A stretch of DNA of 64,000 bases from Eledone cirrhosa (GCA_964016885.1 OZ024741.1:56296001-56360000), one strand, 5' to 3'; shown: positions 38,321 through 51,500, numbered from the stretch's first letter. Program-made: numbers and translations. Notes: generated by a model not told the origin, from the sequence alone.

Positions 38321-40124
38321 TAACCGAGGTTATAAATATGCTGCACATAAACAACAATAACTTAAGACTGACTCAATCGATCGTGTTGAAAGAAGTATGT
38401 GCAGTCAAGGCCATAACAATTACGCCTATATACATCAACGAGGTGCTGCATTACCATGTCGTGCATAGATACAAACCTCATATTATAGCCATTTCCTCGT
38501 TTTTCCGTATGTTTCAATTGCAATAAATTTTCGCTTTTTAACTGATTTACAAATAATATAAGAACCGAACCAACGTGGTCACTCACTCTGCTAGAGATAT
38601 CAAATTACGCCTCAAAGATAGGAAGTACCTGTTGTTGTTGTGGTAAATCTTTGTCTTTTGAATATTTTTCTTAGTAAAATCCATAAACTGAAAGTAAACG
38701 ATTAAATGGGGTAGCAATCCTATATAGGAAATCCATAAAGAAATTATGATTGAGTATTTACAACTTATTAGTGAATGTTGGGGAAAGTTGTACTTGTCAG
38801 TAAGATCTTCAATATTAATTATCTCTTCGCTTGTTAAATATTTTAGGGCTTCACGCTCAATCATTTCTTCAATATATAAACAATAGATTTCGTTTGAAGA
38901 AAATGAAACTATCTCATCTGATTCACCAGATTTATTTCGCATGTTACGTTCGTATATATACACACACACATACTGCCGAAGGACTCCTAAGAAACACAAA
39001 TACAAACCATTCTCGTTTCCTTTCAGTTTTGTCGGATTTATCTTCAAGAAGAAGGGTTTATCCTTTTACTTTAATACATTGTCTGTCATTTCATAACCTC
39101 AAGCGAAACACACATTTATGGTCTAGTCGATCAGGGTGGTTACACAATAACTACAATGGGGTAAACATAATAGGAAGGGTCACGACTAGAACACCTTTGA
39201 CCATATGTCCCCAGTATTAGGTCTGAACTGGAGCTAAACAAAGACACGTTAGATAATGTAATCCTGTGTGTGTGTCTGTAAATAAAAGGCATGATGGTCG
39301 TTCTATCTACCCTACCACTGCCTAGGAAGGGTAATAAGACAATCCAGAACGGTGGTATTAATAATTTCTTGTGTTGGCACAAGGCCAGACATTTTTTGGG
39401 AAAAAAGGACAGTTTAGAAGGTGGACGGAAGCACCTAACTATTACTGACTGACTAAAGTCCCGTAGTTGGACACAGAAGGGGTGAATGACACCGTCGAAT
39501 CCCAAAGGATTTTGAACTCAGAGCGGGAAAGGGACGTAACTAAATGTTGTTTTTTTTTAAATCGAAAAAGCATAAAAGCTGGATATTAATATTAAGAGAA
39601 AAACCGTTTATTTTTTTTCTTCCTCTAACCGAGTAAAATAATATTGATTTCTTGGACGATAAACTTTAAGAAATCCTAGGTGTTAGAGGAATGGGATGTA
39701 ACGTTGTCCCATCTTATTCCGAGAATCAATAACGACGTAATTAAACTGAAAAAAAATATTTACATCTAGAAAAAAACATTACGACGGAGTACTAGTTGAA
39801 AAGTCGTAAATAATGACAAGGAGAAACGACATATATATATATATATATATAGATATGTGTGTGTCTGCATTTGTTTTCTATTGTGTGCATATATTAATTG
39901 GCTGAAAGAAGCAAAATAACACAATTCGAATATAAAGCAAAGCTTACCCCTCTCTCGCGGTTCACTAATGTTCCATGGGCTGAGAAAGCACAGTTAAATA
40001 TAAATATATATCTATTACAATAGATAGATATTTGTGTACATATGTATATATATAAATGTGTGTATAATGTTGTTATATCTCTTTATATGCAAAAGCTAAG
40101 CCGCAGATTATTGTTAATTGCGAC

Positions 40125-40225
40125 ATTCAGCCAACATGGACATAAGCTTATAAACGATGCGCATGTCTGAATTAAAACAAGCTTCCGGTCGGAGCATTAG
40201 ATCAATCGGAAGGGAAGTGCGTGAT
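40125..40225. promoter_or_regulatory. Candidate (bidirectional) promoter motif cluster
   Basis: YY1-like CAACATGG, NRF1-like TGCGCATG (40158), ETS-like CTTCCGG (40182), CGGAAG (40207) and GGAAGTG (40213) within 100 bp of locally CpG-richer DNA; minus-strand donor GG|GTAAG at 39947. Confidence 0.45.
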
Positions 40226-40669
40226 AGAATTGTTTTTATTACTCAGCCGTTATGAAATATACGTTTCGTTCCTTCAATCTTTGTAGTGTCAGAACTACGT
40301 TATTCGTTTAAATCCTTTTTAACGGTACCTTTAAAAATGAAAATAAAATTTGAAATTGCGTTTTTATATATAGAGTGATTCTGTGCTTAAACTTTTAAGC
40401 TGTTCAAATGGTAAATATTTACTCCACGGTTATATATATATATTCGCATATATATAACTTTTATCGAGTCCTCTCTGGATCTTAGACTTTTGAACTTTCC
40501 CTATATATATATATATTTATTTATATATACATATGTGTCTGTCTGTAAATAAGACTAAAAAACACACAAAAAAAAAGACCGTAAACTTACACTCATAACC
40601 CCCGCTAAACCAACTCCCGGCCTATAATACGCGTTCAAATCATATCTCATTTGTGAGTAATTGTAGGTT

Positions 40670-41095
40670 CAGTCAGAAGCAACTATCTCCAACTGATCCG
40701 GCTGGATCCCCAAGAGAGACCAACCAAGCTCATGGATATTATCCAAACATCTTGCTCAGAATCTACCCCCGTGTCTCCTGCCAGTTAGTTTTGCCCGTAA
40801 AACCTGTCCAGCGATTCTTTCTTGAGACATTCTAACCACATGCCTATAGTATCGGAGCTGTGATCTCTAGGAGAAGTATCGGCTCTACCTGGAGTGACTC
40901 TCTAATCTCCGAGCTACGCACTCTAATGAGTAATGTTATTCCAAAGACCCTACCGAGGAACCCCCTTTCAGCCACTTGTATTCGCGATCATATTCTTTCG
41001 GTCACTACCCAAGATTTATGACCGTTGGTAAAAGTTGGCACGAATACCGAATTGAAGATAGTGAGTTTGGCTTTTACGCCTACCTTCTTTCTGAT
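40670..41095 (-). mobile_element. Decayed RTE (Expander/Rex3-like) 3' coding fragment
   Basis: KAKLTIFNSVFVPTFTNGHKSWVVTERI*SRIQVAERGFL...VRSSEIRESLQVEP...HVVRM. Confidence 0.7.
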
Positions 41096-41159
41096 TACTG
41101 GATGCTGAAGCTGGTGCACCAGCTCCTGCAATTCCATAGAATTCTATTTCACTCTCGCT

Positions 41160-41720
41160 GATCATCTTCAACATGCCAGAATGGAATATGGGCACACATT
41201 AGAGAACATAGAGATAAAAATCATATCCACACACAACAGATGCAATGCTTCGACAGATTACAGAAGCGACAAACATAAACGAACTTCAACCAAAATTAAA
41301 CAGAAAACATGGGTGGAATAGCAACAGAATCACAACTAGTAACTAAGGACAAAATAAAGACAGAGAGAGAGACACACAAGAAGCAAACTAATAAAACAAA
41401 CCAGACACAGTTAGAATCAGCAACCAACTAGTGAGAAGTAAATAAACGTATAAATAAAAACACACACAGATATAACGCATGCAAAGCCCAAGTACACAGT
41501 TCACAGCTTACAAAAACAAGATGATGTAGGACAGAACAAAGTAGAGACACAAAATAACAAATTAGTCAATTAGTCACTGAGGAGGTCACAGAATGTGTGA
41601 CGAAAGAGCTTTGATGATAAACAACCATCCAGTTATTAAACTAATGAACTGGAAGTTTATAATAGATTAAAGTGAAAACCAACAGATGTATGTGTTTTTA
41701 TTGGCAGCATGGCCCTCCCA
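41160..41720 (+). mobile_element. Penelope-like element 3' remnant (GIY-YIG C-terminal-like peptide plus minimal hammerhead motif)
   Basis: DAMLRQITEATNINELQPKLNRKHGW, then CTGAGGA-G-GTCACA/TGTGAC-GAAA-GAGC-TT at 41577-41611. Confidence 0.55.
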
Positions 41721-41801
41721 AAGTATAACAACATATATAATTTGCTGATTGATAATTTTAGTTTTCATCGAAATTCGCTGTATATCAGTGACAAATAAAA
41801 C

Positions 41802-42068
41802 GATGAAGTTTCTTTTACATGTATTTAGGTTTTTATTGTGTATTGACCTGTTACGCGTGTTTCTCAGAGGATTGGATTGAGGTCACCCATAGAAGTTATG
41901 GACCCAACTCCATTATGGATCTGGTGTATTTTGTGTTGAATTACCAGTCTGAAGAGCAGATTGATAATGGATAACTTCTATGGTTGACCTTGAGCCAATC
42001 CTCTGTGAAATGCGCATAACAGATTGATACACAATAAAAAACTAAATACATGTAAACGAAACTTCATT
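41802..42068. repeat. Inverted repeat (~97 bp arms) overlapping a hammerhead-like motif
   Basis: 41802-41899 vs 41970-42068; CTGAAGA at 41949, GAAA at 42007, palindrome ATGCGCAT. Confidence 0.75.
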
Positions 42069-43479
42069 TTTCTTAATATATATATATATATTCTGCCTGT
42101 GCATTGAGAGCTCAGTTTGGTACCACCACCAGTAATTCACTGAACCACACACTATATATATATATATATACACACATACATATATGTATACATATATATA
42201 TATAATAAGGGTTGACGGACCCAGCATATTTATCAACGCCAGTACCGGTTGTATCTCAGCGCACTCAATGGGCAATGTAAGATACATTACCAGAGTATAC
42301 ACATAGTTATTTGCCTCAACACAACACACGTAAAACGGGTGCCTATAAGGTTCCCGGACTCGAGTTTCTGCCGCACTAATGCAGCAGTAAGGTGCATTGC
42401 ACCATCTGTCTGCATATATTATGCAACAATGCACAATCGGCTTATGCGGCTTCATCAGCAGGTATTGCCTAATCAATAACAAATTGATCAACAGAATCCA
42501 AAAACCAGCCCATGCCGGTCATGACTGTTTGTGACAACCGACACGGTAAAGCGATTAGCAACTGGCAACCGATAGGACTCTATCTCACAACTAGCCACTG
42601 ATTTACAAATTTTACGTGGGGACGGGAAGCTAAAAAGAATCAATCTTTTAGTTCCTGTCAGAAGCTCTCAGCCAATGTGTCTCACACACAAATTATCAAG
42701 GGGTGAAAAGATGGCTATTAGAAATAGCAGTTCACATTGATATAAAACAGAATGGTAGCATTCAGTTCATGTCTCCAAGCCCCATGGCTAGAGGAAAGTG
42801 ATGGTAACAATTGTAGTGCCAAGAACCTTTAACGGACTTTAAATGCTATCATCCATTATATAACAATATAGTAGCAAGCTGAAATGTGTCAGCCACGTGC
42901 GTAGATAACCAGTCTAATTCACAACTTAAAAGAGTGAGAGACAAAATTAGTAGCAGGAAAAAGAGTGCATATCAAAACAAAAACACAATAAAAAGTGAAA
43001 AATTGTTTAACTTACTCTCAATATTCCGCTAGTTGGGAGATAATAATAATAAGGGTTGACGGACCCAGCATATATATATATAGATGAGATTCTACAGGAC
43101 TAGAACTATTTCATTCTTTAGAAATCATCAGGAATTATACTCTGCTATGTATTGAGTACCTTACTTACTGTGGTTACCTCTGACTCAACCCGGAATAACT
43201 TACCTTATATATATATATATATATAACGAAGGAAGTGTGGTAAGGAACCAGGTGGACCATAACGCACCAAAGTACTCAATACTTAGGGTAGTAGAGTGGG
43301 TAATACGAACTAGTAAAACCCCGACGGCTGAGCTCAAGCCGTTTTGACGGCTAATATATATAGATATATATATACATATATATAATATTGTTATTAAAGC
43401 ACTATATCTATGACACTATAAATCTATCAAAATGAAAGAATATTCAGAGGTGCTCTAATCTTTCATTTATATATAAATC

Positions 43480-43900
43480 CTTAGGATTTTGAAGGCTGGT
43501 GGAATTTCCTGAAAAGATAAGTCTTCAGACTTCATCTGAAAGCCAACACAGTTGGTACAGTTCATACAGACAGAGGAAACTCCTTCCACAGCTCTTCATT
43601 CTCATACTTGGTACTACAAGGAATCTATTACTACATGATTACAAACACTGGTGACTCTTCTCCACAAACAAATTTACTAATTTATTGAGAGGCAAGCTTA
43701 TATACAGCTTTGAATATCAGCAGTGGAATTTTAAATGTTATTCTGGCCTTTTCAGGAAACCAGTGTAGATCCTTAATATGTTCTGAGATATGGTCATATT
43801 TCTTTCCCTTCATAATTATCCTTGCCACAGTATTTTGAATCAGTTGCACTCTTCTGATATGATGTCTTGGTATAGAATAATGCATTACCATAGTCCAATC
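43480..43900 (-). mobile_element. L2/CR1-group LINE 3' fragment
   Basis: VQLIQNTVARIIMKGKKYDHISEHIKDLHWFPEKARITFKIPLLIFKAV. Confidence 0.75.
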
Positions 43901-43949
43901 ATGATCATACAAAGGCATGCACTTATGCCTCAGTTTCCTTTTGACTATT

Positions 43950-45000
43950 CTCTCAGTTGGACTTCTGATCGAATCTGGGCAAAAATCCCATCTCAGATTC
44001 TTGTTTTACCATTTCTGATACAATCTTCAGACCTTTTGAAGTATAACAACAAAGTTAGTAGTTTGTCTCCCACAGTTTATTTGTCCATGCATTAACTGTC
44101 TTAGCCCCAGTTTTGAGGCTATTTCTTTGCTGAGTTATTTTTCAGTTAATTTGGGCAAACCATCATAAAGTTCTGTATTGGTTGTGTGGCTCTTTCAAGT
44201 GATATTAAAAACAATCCATAACACGCAGTAGTACATTCTGTTAAGATGATTTTTAAGTCTGTGTGTGAATAATGCCCATGTCTCAGAGCCATATAACAAG
44301 TCAGATTCAGCCATTGCTAAAAAATATCTAATCTTAATCTTTTTGACACCAAACTCCCTGAAATTACCTCTGGTTCTCCTATTTATATATGGACCCATAA
44401 CTCCTGAGATAGTTGTAGGTGCACCATATTGACCTACAGTGTTTCTAGGGCACTTTTAAACCTGGGAGAGCCCATCTTCTCTCCAGGCCTGAACACAGCA
44501 GATTTCTTCCAGAGAAGGATAGAGAGAGACAGACAAAAAAGTGAGAAAGAAATATAGAGAAAGAATCAATCCCAGTACAAAACTGGTATTTTTTTTATCA
44601 ACCTCAAATGGATTTGAACTAAGAAAGCAGAGAGGAGGAACGAATAATGCAAAGTATTCTATCTGACGTTCTATGAACAGACCAACTTTCTCAGCTTCCT
44701 TCTCTACTGTTTCTAGCAGTTCTTGTACTTGGTATACACTTTCTGACAGTAAGGCAATATCATCTCAGCATACATAAAGTCTGACACTACCATTAGCGGT
44801 TCCTCACTCTGAATCTGAAGCCAAGTATTTGTGACTTGTCATGAATAGTTTGTCTTATTACATAATCAATAACAATTGCAAAAAGATAAGGGGCCAAAGT
44901 ATCAGCCTTGCAAGAATACAGAAAAAATCTGTTTCACCATCTGGGGACAATACTTTAGCTCTTGTATCTTCATTTCCACTACATTATTTTGAACATTTAA
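43950..45000 (-). mobile_element. Decayed RTE-group LINE, RT C-terminal half
   Basis: LQG/DTLAPYLFAIVIDY, YA/DDIAL, LLYGSETWAL; interrupted by a SINE. Confidence 0.7.
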
Positions 45001-45827
45001 TTTTCTGTGTAGCCTTCTAATAAAGCACATTATTTTCTACACTTCACACAATGCTTCAGACAAACTACCACACTCTCTATCAGAAATGTAGAAGCCTACA
45101 ACAGTTTTTCCAGCTCAGATTTAGATCATTGTATCTTGTCAACTAAGGCGAATTGACAGAGTTGTTAAGACATTGGATAGAATGCTTTACGGTATATCAT
45201 TGCGCGCTCTGAGTTCAAATCTGGCCGTGGTCATCTTTGCCTTTTATCCTTACGAGGTCGATAAAGAAAGTACCAGCTGTGTTCAGACCTGGAGAGGATT
45301 AGGCTCTGCCAAGTTTAAAAGTGCCCTAGAGACACCATATGATGGTGCCACAAGGAGTTATGGTGGGGGAGGATCTTGTCAATATATGCCAGACTAAGCC
45401 TCAGAACAAACAAAAGAACAGCCGACGATTGGAAAGCTCTGGAGGATCCTAATCTACAAGAACAATATTCCATCTCTATAACAACAGGTTTAATGAACTT
45501 AGCGCTGAGTCAGATAAAGCAACTGAGAGTGAGCAAGACTCAATATAGACAAACAATGAAACTGCCAAAAAAGCTCATACCAAGCAAAAAAGGGGAAATA
45601 AGAAACAGCTTTCCAAAAATCCCTGAATATAAGTTTTTCGATGGAAAGTACAAGGTGCCTTCACTGAATACCAGAAACATTCAAATGAGAAAAATCTCAC
45701 TATACTGAAGCAAGAAAAGAAAATCTAGAGATAGCTTACAAAGCCATTGTAGAGAAACTCAACATCATGATTCAGAGAATCAAGGCAGCAGATTACAAAC
45801 ACAAACATACAAAGCGCTGGAATATTG

Positions 45828-45834
45828 TTAACCC

Positions 45835-45867
<33 letters not shown>

Positions 45868-47960
45868 GTTTAACGTCCATCTTCCACGCTTGCATGGGTT
45901 TGGACGGGAATTTTCTCACTTGAGGCAAGATTGGTTGTCTTGCTTGTATAGGACTGTCTGGCGGGTTTTCTACGGCTGGATGCCCTTCCTAACACTAACC
46001 ACGTTTACAGTGTGGACTGGGAGGTTTTTACCGTGTTACCTAGATGGCCACATTACAGCGTGGACTGTGTGTTTTTTTTTTTTTTCGTGACACCTACACG
46101 ACCTCATTTATTTCGGACTGGATGTTGTTGATTATTTTTAAAAATTATTTGAAACACATGGACAGTCTTTCATTAGAAATATGGTAAAGAAAGGATTAAA
46201 ATGTTTATAATTGACCAAAAATCTTCCATCATAACTATATGTAAAAAAATTTGTTATGTTCTGAACACTAACTTAATACTGAATAAGTTAGTTATATAAG
46301 TAAATCCTGCAAAATTATATAAAAACCAGAGACAGTGTCTTTCATTAGTAATTTGGTAAGGAAAGGATTAAATAAGAGTATAGTAGTTTATGATGAATCA
46401 AGGAAAAAAATAGGGAAATAGGTAGAACATATTCATAATAATTATTTAATGTCCAGGGTGGTGGATTGGCAGTATCGGTAGAGGGTCGGATGCCATGCTT
46501 TCCAGCATAGTTACGTCCCTTTACGATCTGAGTTCAAATCCCGCTGAGGTTGACTTTGTCTTTCATCCTTACGGGGTCGATAAAATAAAAGTACCAGTAA
46601 TGCACTGGGTAATTGCTGGCCTTGTGCCTAAAGTAGAAACAATTATTTAATGTCCACTTTAGGGCGGGGAATTGGTAGTATCGGTAGAGAGTGGGACGCC
46701 ATGCTTTCTAGCATAGTTACGTCCCTTTACAGTCTGAGTTCAAATCCCGCCGAGGTTAACTTTGCCTTTCATCCTTACAGGGTCGATAAAATAAAGTACC
46801 AGTAATGTACTGGGTAATTGCTGGCCTTGTGCCTAAAGTAGAAACAATTATTTAATGTCCACTTTCCACGCAAGCATAGGTTAGACAAGTTGTCTCATTT
46901 GAGACAAGTCAGGTCAAGTGACCGTGTCTTTTTATACAGAACTGTTTCTGGCTTGGTTTCTACGACTGGCTGCCCTTCCTAACACCAACCACATTTATAG
47001 TGTGGGCAGGGTGCCATTTTTCATACCTACATGACCACTTTACAGAGTGGGCTGTTAAGATGTGAGAGGTGTATGGAAGGGGTGATTAGGGCTAAAGTGG
47101 TGCATACTAGGTGTATGTGGCTCATCTGTATTACTGTGTAACACCAAGATCTCAATCCTGCATCATCGCCTTTGAGAGGTGCAATCGTGCAAAGTCAGCT
47201 TTTATTATATTGTATTGTACTACAATATAAGTCTCACACCTTAATATACATATCTACCTGAGTAATTCAATTGTAAGAATGTTTTATTGTGTAAAAGGTG
47301 TGCTGCCAATTATAATGATACAAATAGTCCATATCAGCACAGACATAAAATGATGTGCTTATTCTAAACTGGCAGAACACTTTTCATTTTTTCCTTCTTT
47401 TACTGGTTTCAGTAATTGGGTTGTGGCCACGTTGGGGCACCACCTTCAAAGGTTTTAGCTGATTATAAACAACCTCAGTACATATTTCTTTTAAATTTTG
47501 GTATTTATTCTATCGATCTCTTTTTGTTGGACCACAGACACACAGACAAACAAATATTATCATCATTTTTACCTCAGTTTTTCCATGCTTGCATGCATTG
47601 GACAGGTCCTTCTCAGCCACAGCATCTCTCCACTCATCGTGTTTCTTCATCATCTCCTCTGTGAGACTCAGTGATTCAAGGTCAGCTCTCACCACCTCTG
47701 CCCAGGTCTTTCTTGGTCTACCTCTTCTGTGGTTTCCTTCCACTGGAATCATATTTATAATAAACTACACTGTGTTTGGATTAAATACTGAAGAATTTGG
47801 AGGAATTATTAAAATCATTTAAATTGTTAAGATGACATTTCTAACATAACAAAGGTTTTTTTAAAAGTTAAATCATGCTGGAAGATATTAATTTTATATT
47901 AGACCTATTTAAAATGGGTGGTTTTGTTCCAAAGAAGTAGGGTGGTATTAAAAGGGTTAA
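45828..47960. mobile_element. TTAA-flanked insertion (piggyBac-type MITE ends) with nested SINEs and RTE tails
   Basis: TTAA-CCCTT ... AAAGGG-TTAA; removing it restores the host LINE frame WNIVNEIGGR. Confidence 0.65.
46457..46850 (+). mobile_element. Two tandem copies of a second tRNA-derived SINE family (Meta-domain-like core)
   Basis: TTGGCAGTATCGGTAGA..GAGTTCAAATCCC..GCCTTTCATCCTTACGGGGTCGATAAAATAAAGTACCAG; other copies at 50155-50310(-), 62597-62785(+) and 49520-49720(-). Confidence 0.8.
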
Positions 47961-48569
47961 TGAAATTGGTGGAAGGATAGCAGCAAAGAAGAGTGTACTA
48001 ACAGACAACAGAAAGGAAGATAGATTGAAAAATTGGCTGTTTTACTTCAGTGAATTACTTGGAAAAGAATCTACTATCACAGGTAATGAAGAGGAATAAG
48101 TTCTTTTTTTAAAAAATCAGATTTGAGAATAAGTACAGAACTTTTAACAATTGGTGAGTAGGAAGCAGTCAAGAAAAGGTTAGTAGGAAGGTAAACACTA
48201 GGGCCTGATGTCATACCAGCAGAGGTTTTCAAGTTTTATAGCATTGATGATAACATTCTTCAATTCTGTAACATTTTTTGATAGGTGACAAACCACAACA
48301 TTCACGAATTGATATAATAGTCCTGTCTAAATTTAATCACCTGGGTTATACAATAAACTACCAAGTGATAAGTTTAATATCAATTGCATAACAAATCACA
48401 AACAAACTGATACAATTTAGCCATATCTCGACCTTCATCTAAGACCAAATCAAAATGGCCTAAGGGCCAAACGTTCAATTAGATTTCACATACTTGCACA
48501 TAGGGCCATAATTGCATGGCAGTTGAAATGGGATGCAGAAATCCTAATGGTCAATTCTGGCAATAAAGC

Positions 48570-49315
48570 TGGGACACAGATGCGAATATTTCAGATGAGT
48601 GTGACTAAAATAAGAGTGACACGGATGAGAACAACGTAGATGAGTGTCTCAGATGAGAGTGACTCAGATAAGAATGACTTAGATAAGTAGTAGAGCTTCA
48701 CGCATCTTTCTGTTGGAAAGGAGAGAGTGTTACCTACCAAAAAGGAGCAAGCGTGACTGAAAGGAAGAGACTGAGACGAGCATTTGCGCAGACCTAGACA
48801 CCCAAACAGTTTGGGCAAAGCTTAGTCGCGGGACTCTGGCGATAGACTGGCGTTAACCAAGCATTCGAGTTCATAGAAGATTAAGTCGTCAAAGCATTGG
48901 AGAGACGACGAGAATCTATAAGAGGGGCTAACTCTGAGAAAATACAATAACTTAGGAATCTACAAGTAATTCATAAGTATAAAAAAAAACTTGGTGGGCT
49001 CAATTGCCTCAAGGTTTTTTAATAGTTGCTCGAGATTAGCCAACTTGGATAGAAATGGACTCAAAAGCTCAGTCAGTAACTAGGGCCCCAACAGAGCGTC
49101 AGGCTGATGAGAGAATAACCGTGTTGGAGGGGAAGGAATGTGTAAACAGGTCTACAATCGGCTGATGTGAAGCTGGGTGGTTGAGGGTCCAGAGCAAGCA
49201 CTGGAACTGTTGACGTGAAGGCCACTACGACCAAGTTCCTCAATCATTGTCCTCGCAGTTGAAAGGACCTTATCAAGAGGACTCCCCCAAACAAGCATCA
49301 TCATATAAGAAGTAC
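48570..49315 (-). mobile_element. Decayed CRE-like (restriction-endonuclease class) non-LTR retrotransposon RT fragment
   Basis: YDDACLG..GLHVNSS; IPKLLYFLRVSP..LQCFDDLI..LVNASLS..LPKLFGCLGLR. Confidence 0.6.
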
Positions 49316-51214
49316 CAGTGAAATTATCGTCTTTTCATTTAGGGGTATGTAAAATTACATTGTCCAATGAGTTCTTTCTTTCCTTAAAACGATTTAAAGT
49401 AATTTAGCTGCTATATATTGCTGATCAAGCGACCGCATATAGGGTTGATAAAAGCCACGGATTGATCGGCAGCAAGCGGAGACTTTATTGTGATTTTAAC
49501 TTTTAGACGTAACAATAACTTATAATTTAGGTACAAGGAAATAACTTTTGGGGGAAGTGAAAAGTCGATTATACCTACCCCAGTAATTTATTTTATTGAC
49601 TCTGGAAGGATGAAAGGTAAAGTTGACCTCGCCGAGATATGAACTCAGAACGTTATGGTTTGTAACTAGATACCTCAAAGCACTTCGTCCGATGCACTAA
49701 TGATTCTGTCAATCTACCACCATGCTTTTGAACGTAATAATTCCATTCTGAAAAACCATGAATGTTACAACTTCCCACATTTTCGTCTCCTAAAATATAG
49801 GGACTTTTTATGGCTAATGAAGAAAAAGCAGAGGAGAAAAAATGTGTTATCTTAGTAGCATGATTTTTCCCTTCTAATATGCGTCGAATGTATGAAGATT
49901 ATGTATTTCATTAATTAGTGAAATAAAACTAAAAAAAGTTACAAATATGAACAAGTAAGTGAATATTATTTCCTTATCAACGAATATGGTGGAAAAAATA
50001 TATTCGGGTGACTTACAGAGCAATTGTCCGTTTTTGATTTATTTCCCTCCAAGCTAAAAGAGCACAATGATGTTTACTAATGTTTATTTGGCTTTTTAGT
50101 TTTGTATGACTCTCTTAAAGTAAAACAAAAATTAACTTAATAATTGTTAACTTAATAATTGTTTCTACGTTTGGCACAAGGCCAGCAACTTACCCAGTGC
50201 ATTACTGGTACTTTATTTTATCGACCCCGTAAGGATTAAAGGCAAAGTTAACCTCGGCGAGATTTGAACTCAGAATGGAAAGAGCTGTAACTCTGCGTCA
50301 AAGCATGAACCTTAAATATACTTATTAGAATTTTCTTCCGTAGAATTTTCTTTTTTTCTTTTAGAAAGTTAAATTGAGTCATTCATCTCCAACTTACATT
50401 ACTTTTTCATATGAAGTTCCCATCTGGTATTTAACTAGTTTTTGTTTATTTATTTTAACTGTAAGTATATTTAATATTTCAAAATTTTAGGAATGTATTT
50501 TGTTATTTTAATTTTAATTCGTTATCTGGAATCCGTCTATCTTTGTATACGGAAAATGGTATTAGCTAATTAGATTTATTAAGTGTAGTTCTGTATCATA
50601 CTTGAACGTTCTTTCCGAGTAAATCATAAAATGGCCTTTTTCTTTAATGCCATAGAATAATGACAAATTCCTTCGAATGCGTTACAACTTCACACTTGTA
50701 GGAGGGGAGACTGACCATATTTCACCAAACTGCCCAATATTTTTCTTTAATACCTCACTACTCAATTGAATCAGATTAAACATGATAAACCCGATTGTTC
50801 TACACGGCCACTCGACCGATTAGAGATGACAGTCAAACCTCTCTCCTGTCCTCAACCTATACCCCACCATCTTAAATAAAGAAGGACACATTCACCAATA
50901 CAGTCCCTAATATGTAAAAGGGAAGATGGTTACGGTTGATACACTTTTGATCATAGGGTTGCTTGATCAAAGCTAACCTAATGCTAAACAAGTTTGAGTC
51001 ATGGAAGTTAAATCTTCTTCAAATTAGACACTACTGTCTTCAACACAAGGAAGGACATTGATAATATGATCCTATGTACACTTATCATCATTCCATGCTA
51101 GCATGGGTTGGACTGGTCATTACGATTCAAGAGTAAATGTTTCGAGGAGGCATCTTGTTTGTACATTCATTCCATATTTTGGCATGATTTCTATAGTTGG
51201 ATTCCATTTTTAAT

Positions 51215-51500
51215 CCCATAACTTTACAGAGTGCATTTTATCGTGACACCATCACTACGACTTTACAGAGTGTATTGGACGCATTTTATTGTGGCTCAAA
51301 CAGTACCATTTTACAGAGTGCACTGGTTGTATTTTGTAGTTGCACCAGTACTACCACTTTACAAAGTGTATTAGATGCATTTTATTGTGACACCATCACT
51401 ACCACTTTACAGAGTGTACTAGGTGCATTTTATTATGGCACCAACACTACCATTTTACAGAATGTACTGGGTGCATTTTATTGTGGTACCAACACTAGAG
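51215..51500 (-). repeat. Array of about 6 copies of the ~45 bp RTE-3'UTR subrepeat
   Basis: ccactttacagagtgtactgggtgcattttattgtggcacc units; similar arrays at 2720-3060, 34630-34830, 58860-59100 and 61130-61400. Confidence 0.75.

Larger units (their letters stand above)
45030..48510 (+). mobile_element. Decayed RTE-group LINE, endonuclease end to RT N-terminus, split by nested insertions
   Basis: RNVEAYNSFSSSDLDHCIL, DWKALEDPNLQEQYSI, WNIVN|EIGGR, GPDVIPAEVFK, LRPNQNGLR. Confidence 0.65.

Noticed and set aside
38583-39505. ORFs of 121-154 aa upstream of TRRAP
   Set aside because: They have no recognisable motifs, are AT-biased, and partly overlap a SINE.
43085-43135. Minus-strand CTGATGA...GAAA motif
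   Set aside because: Stem I does not pair and the related copy near 8050-8100 lacks the core; too weak to call a ribozyme.
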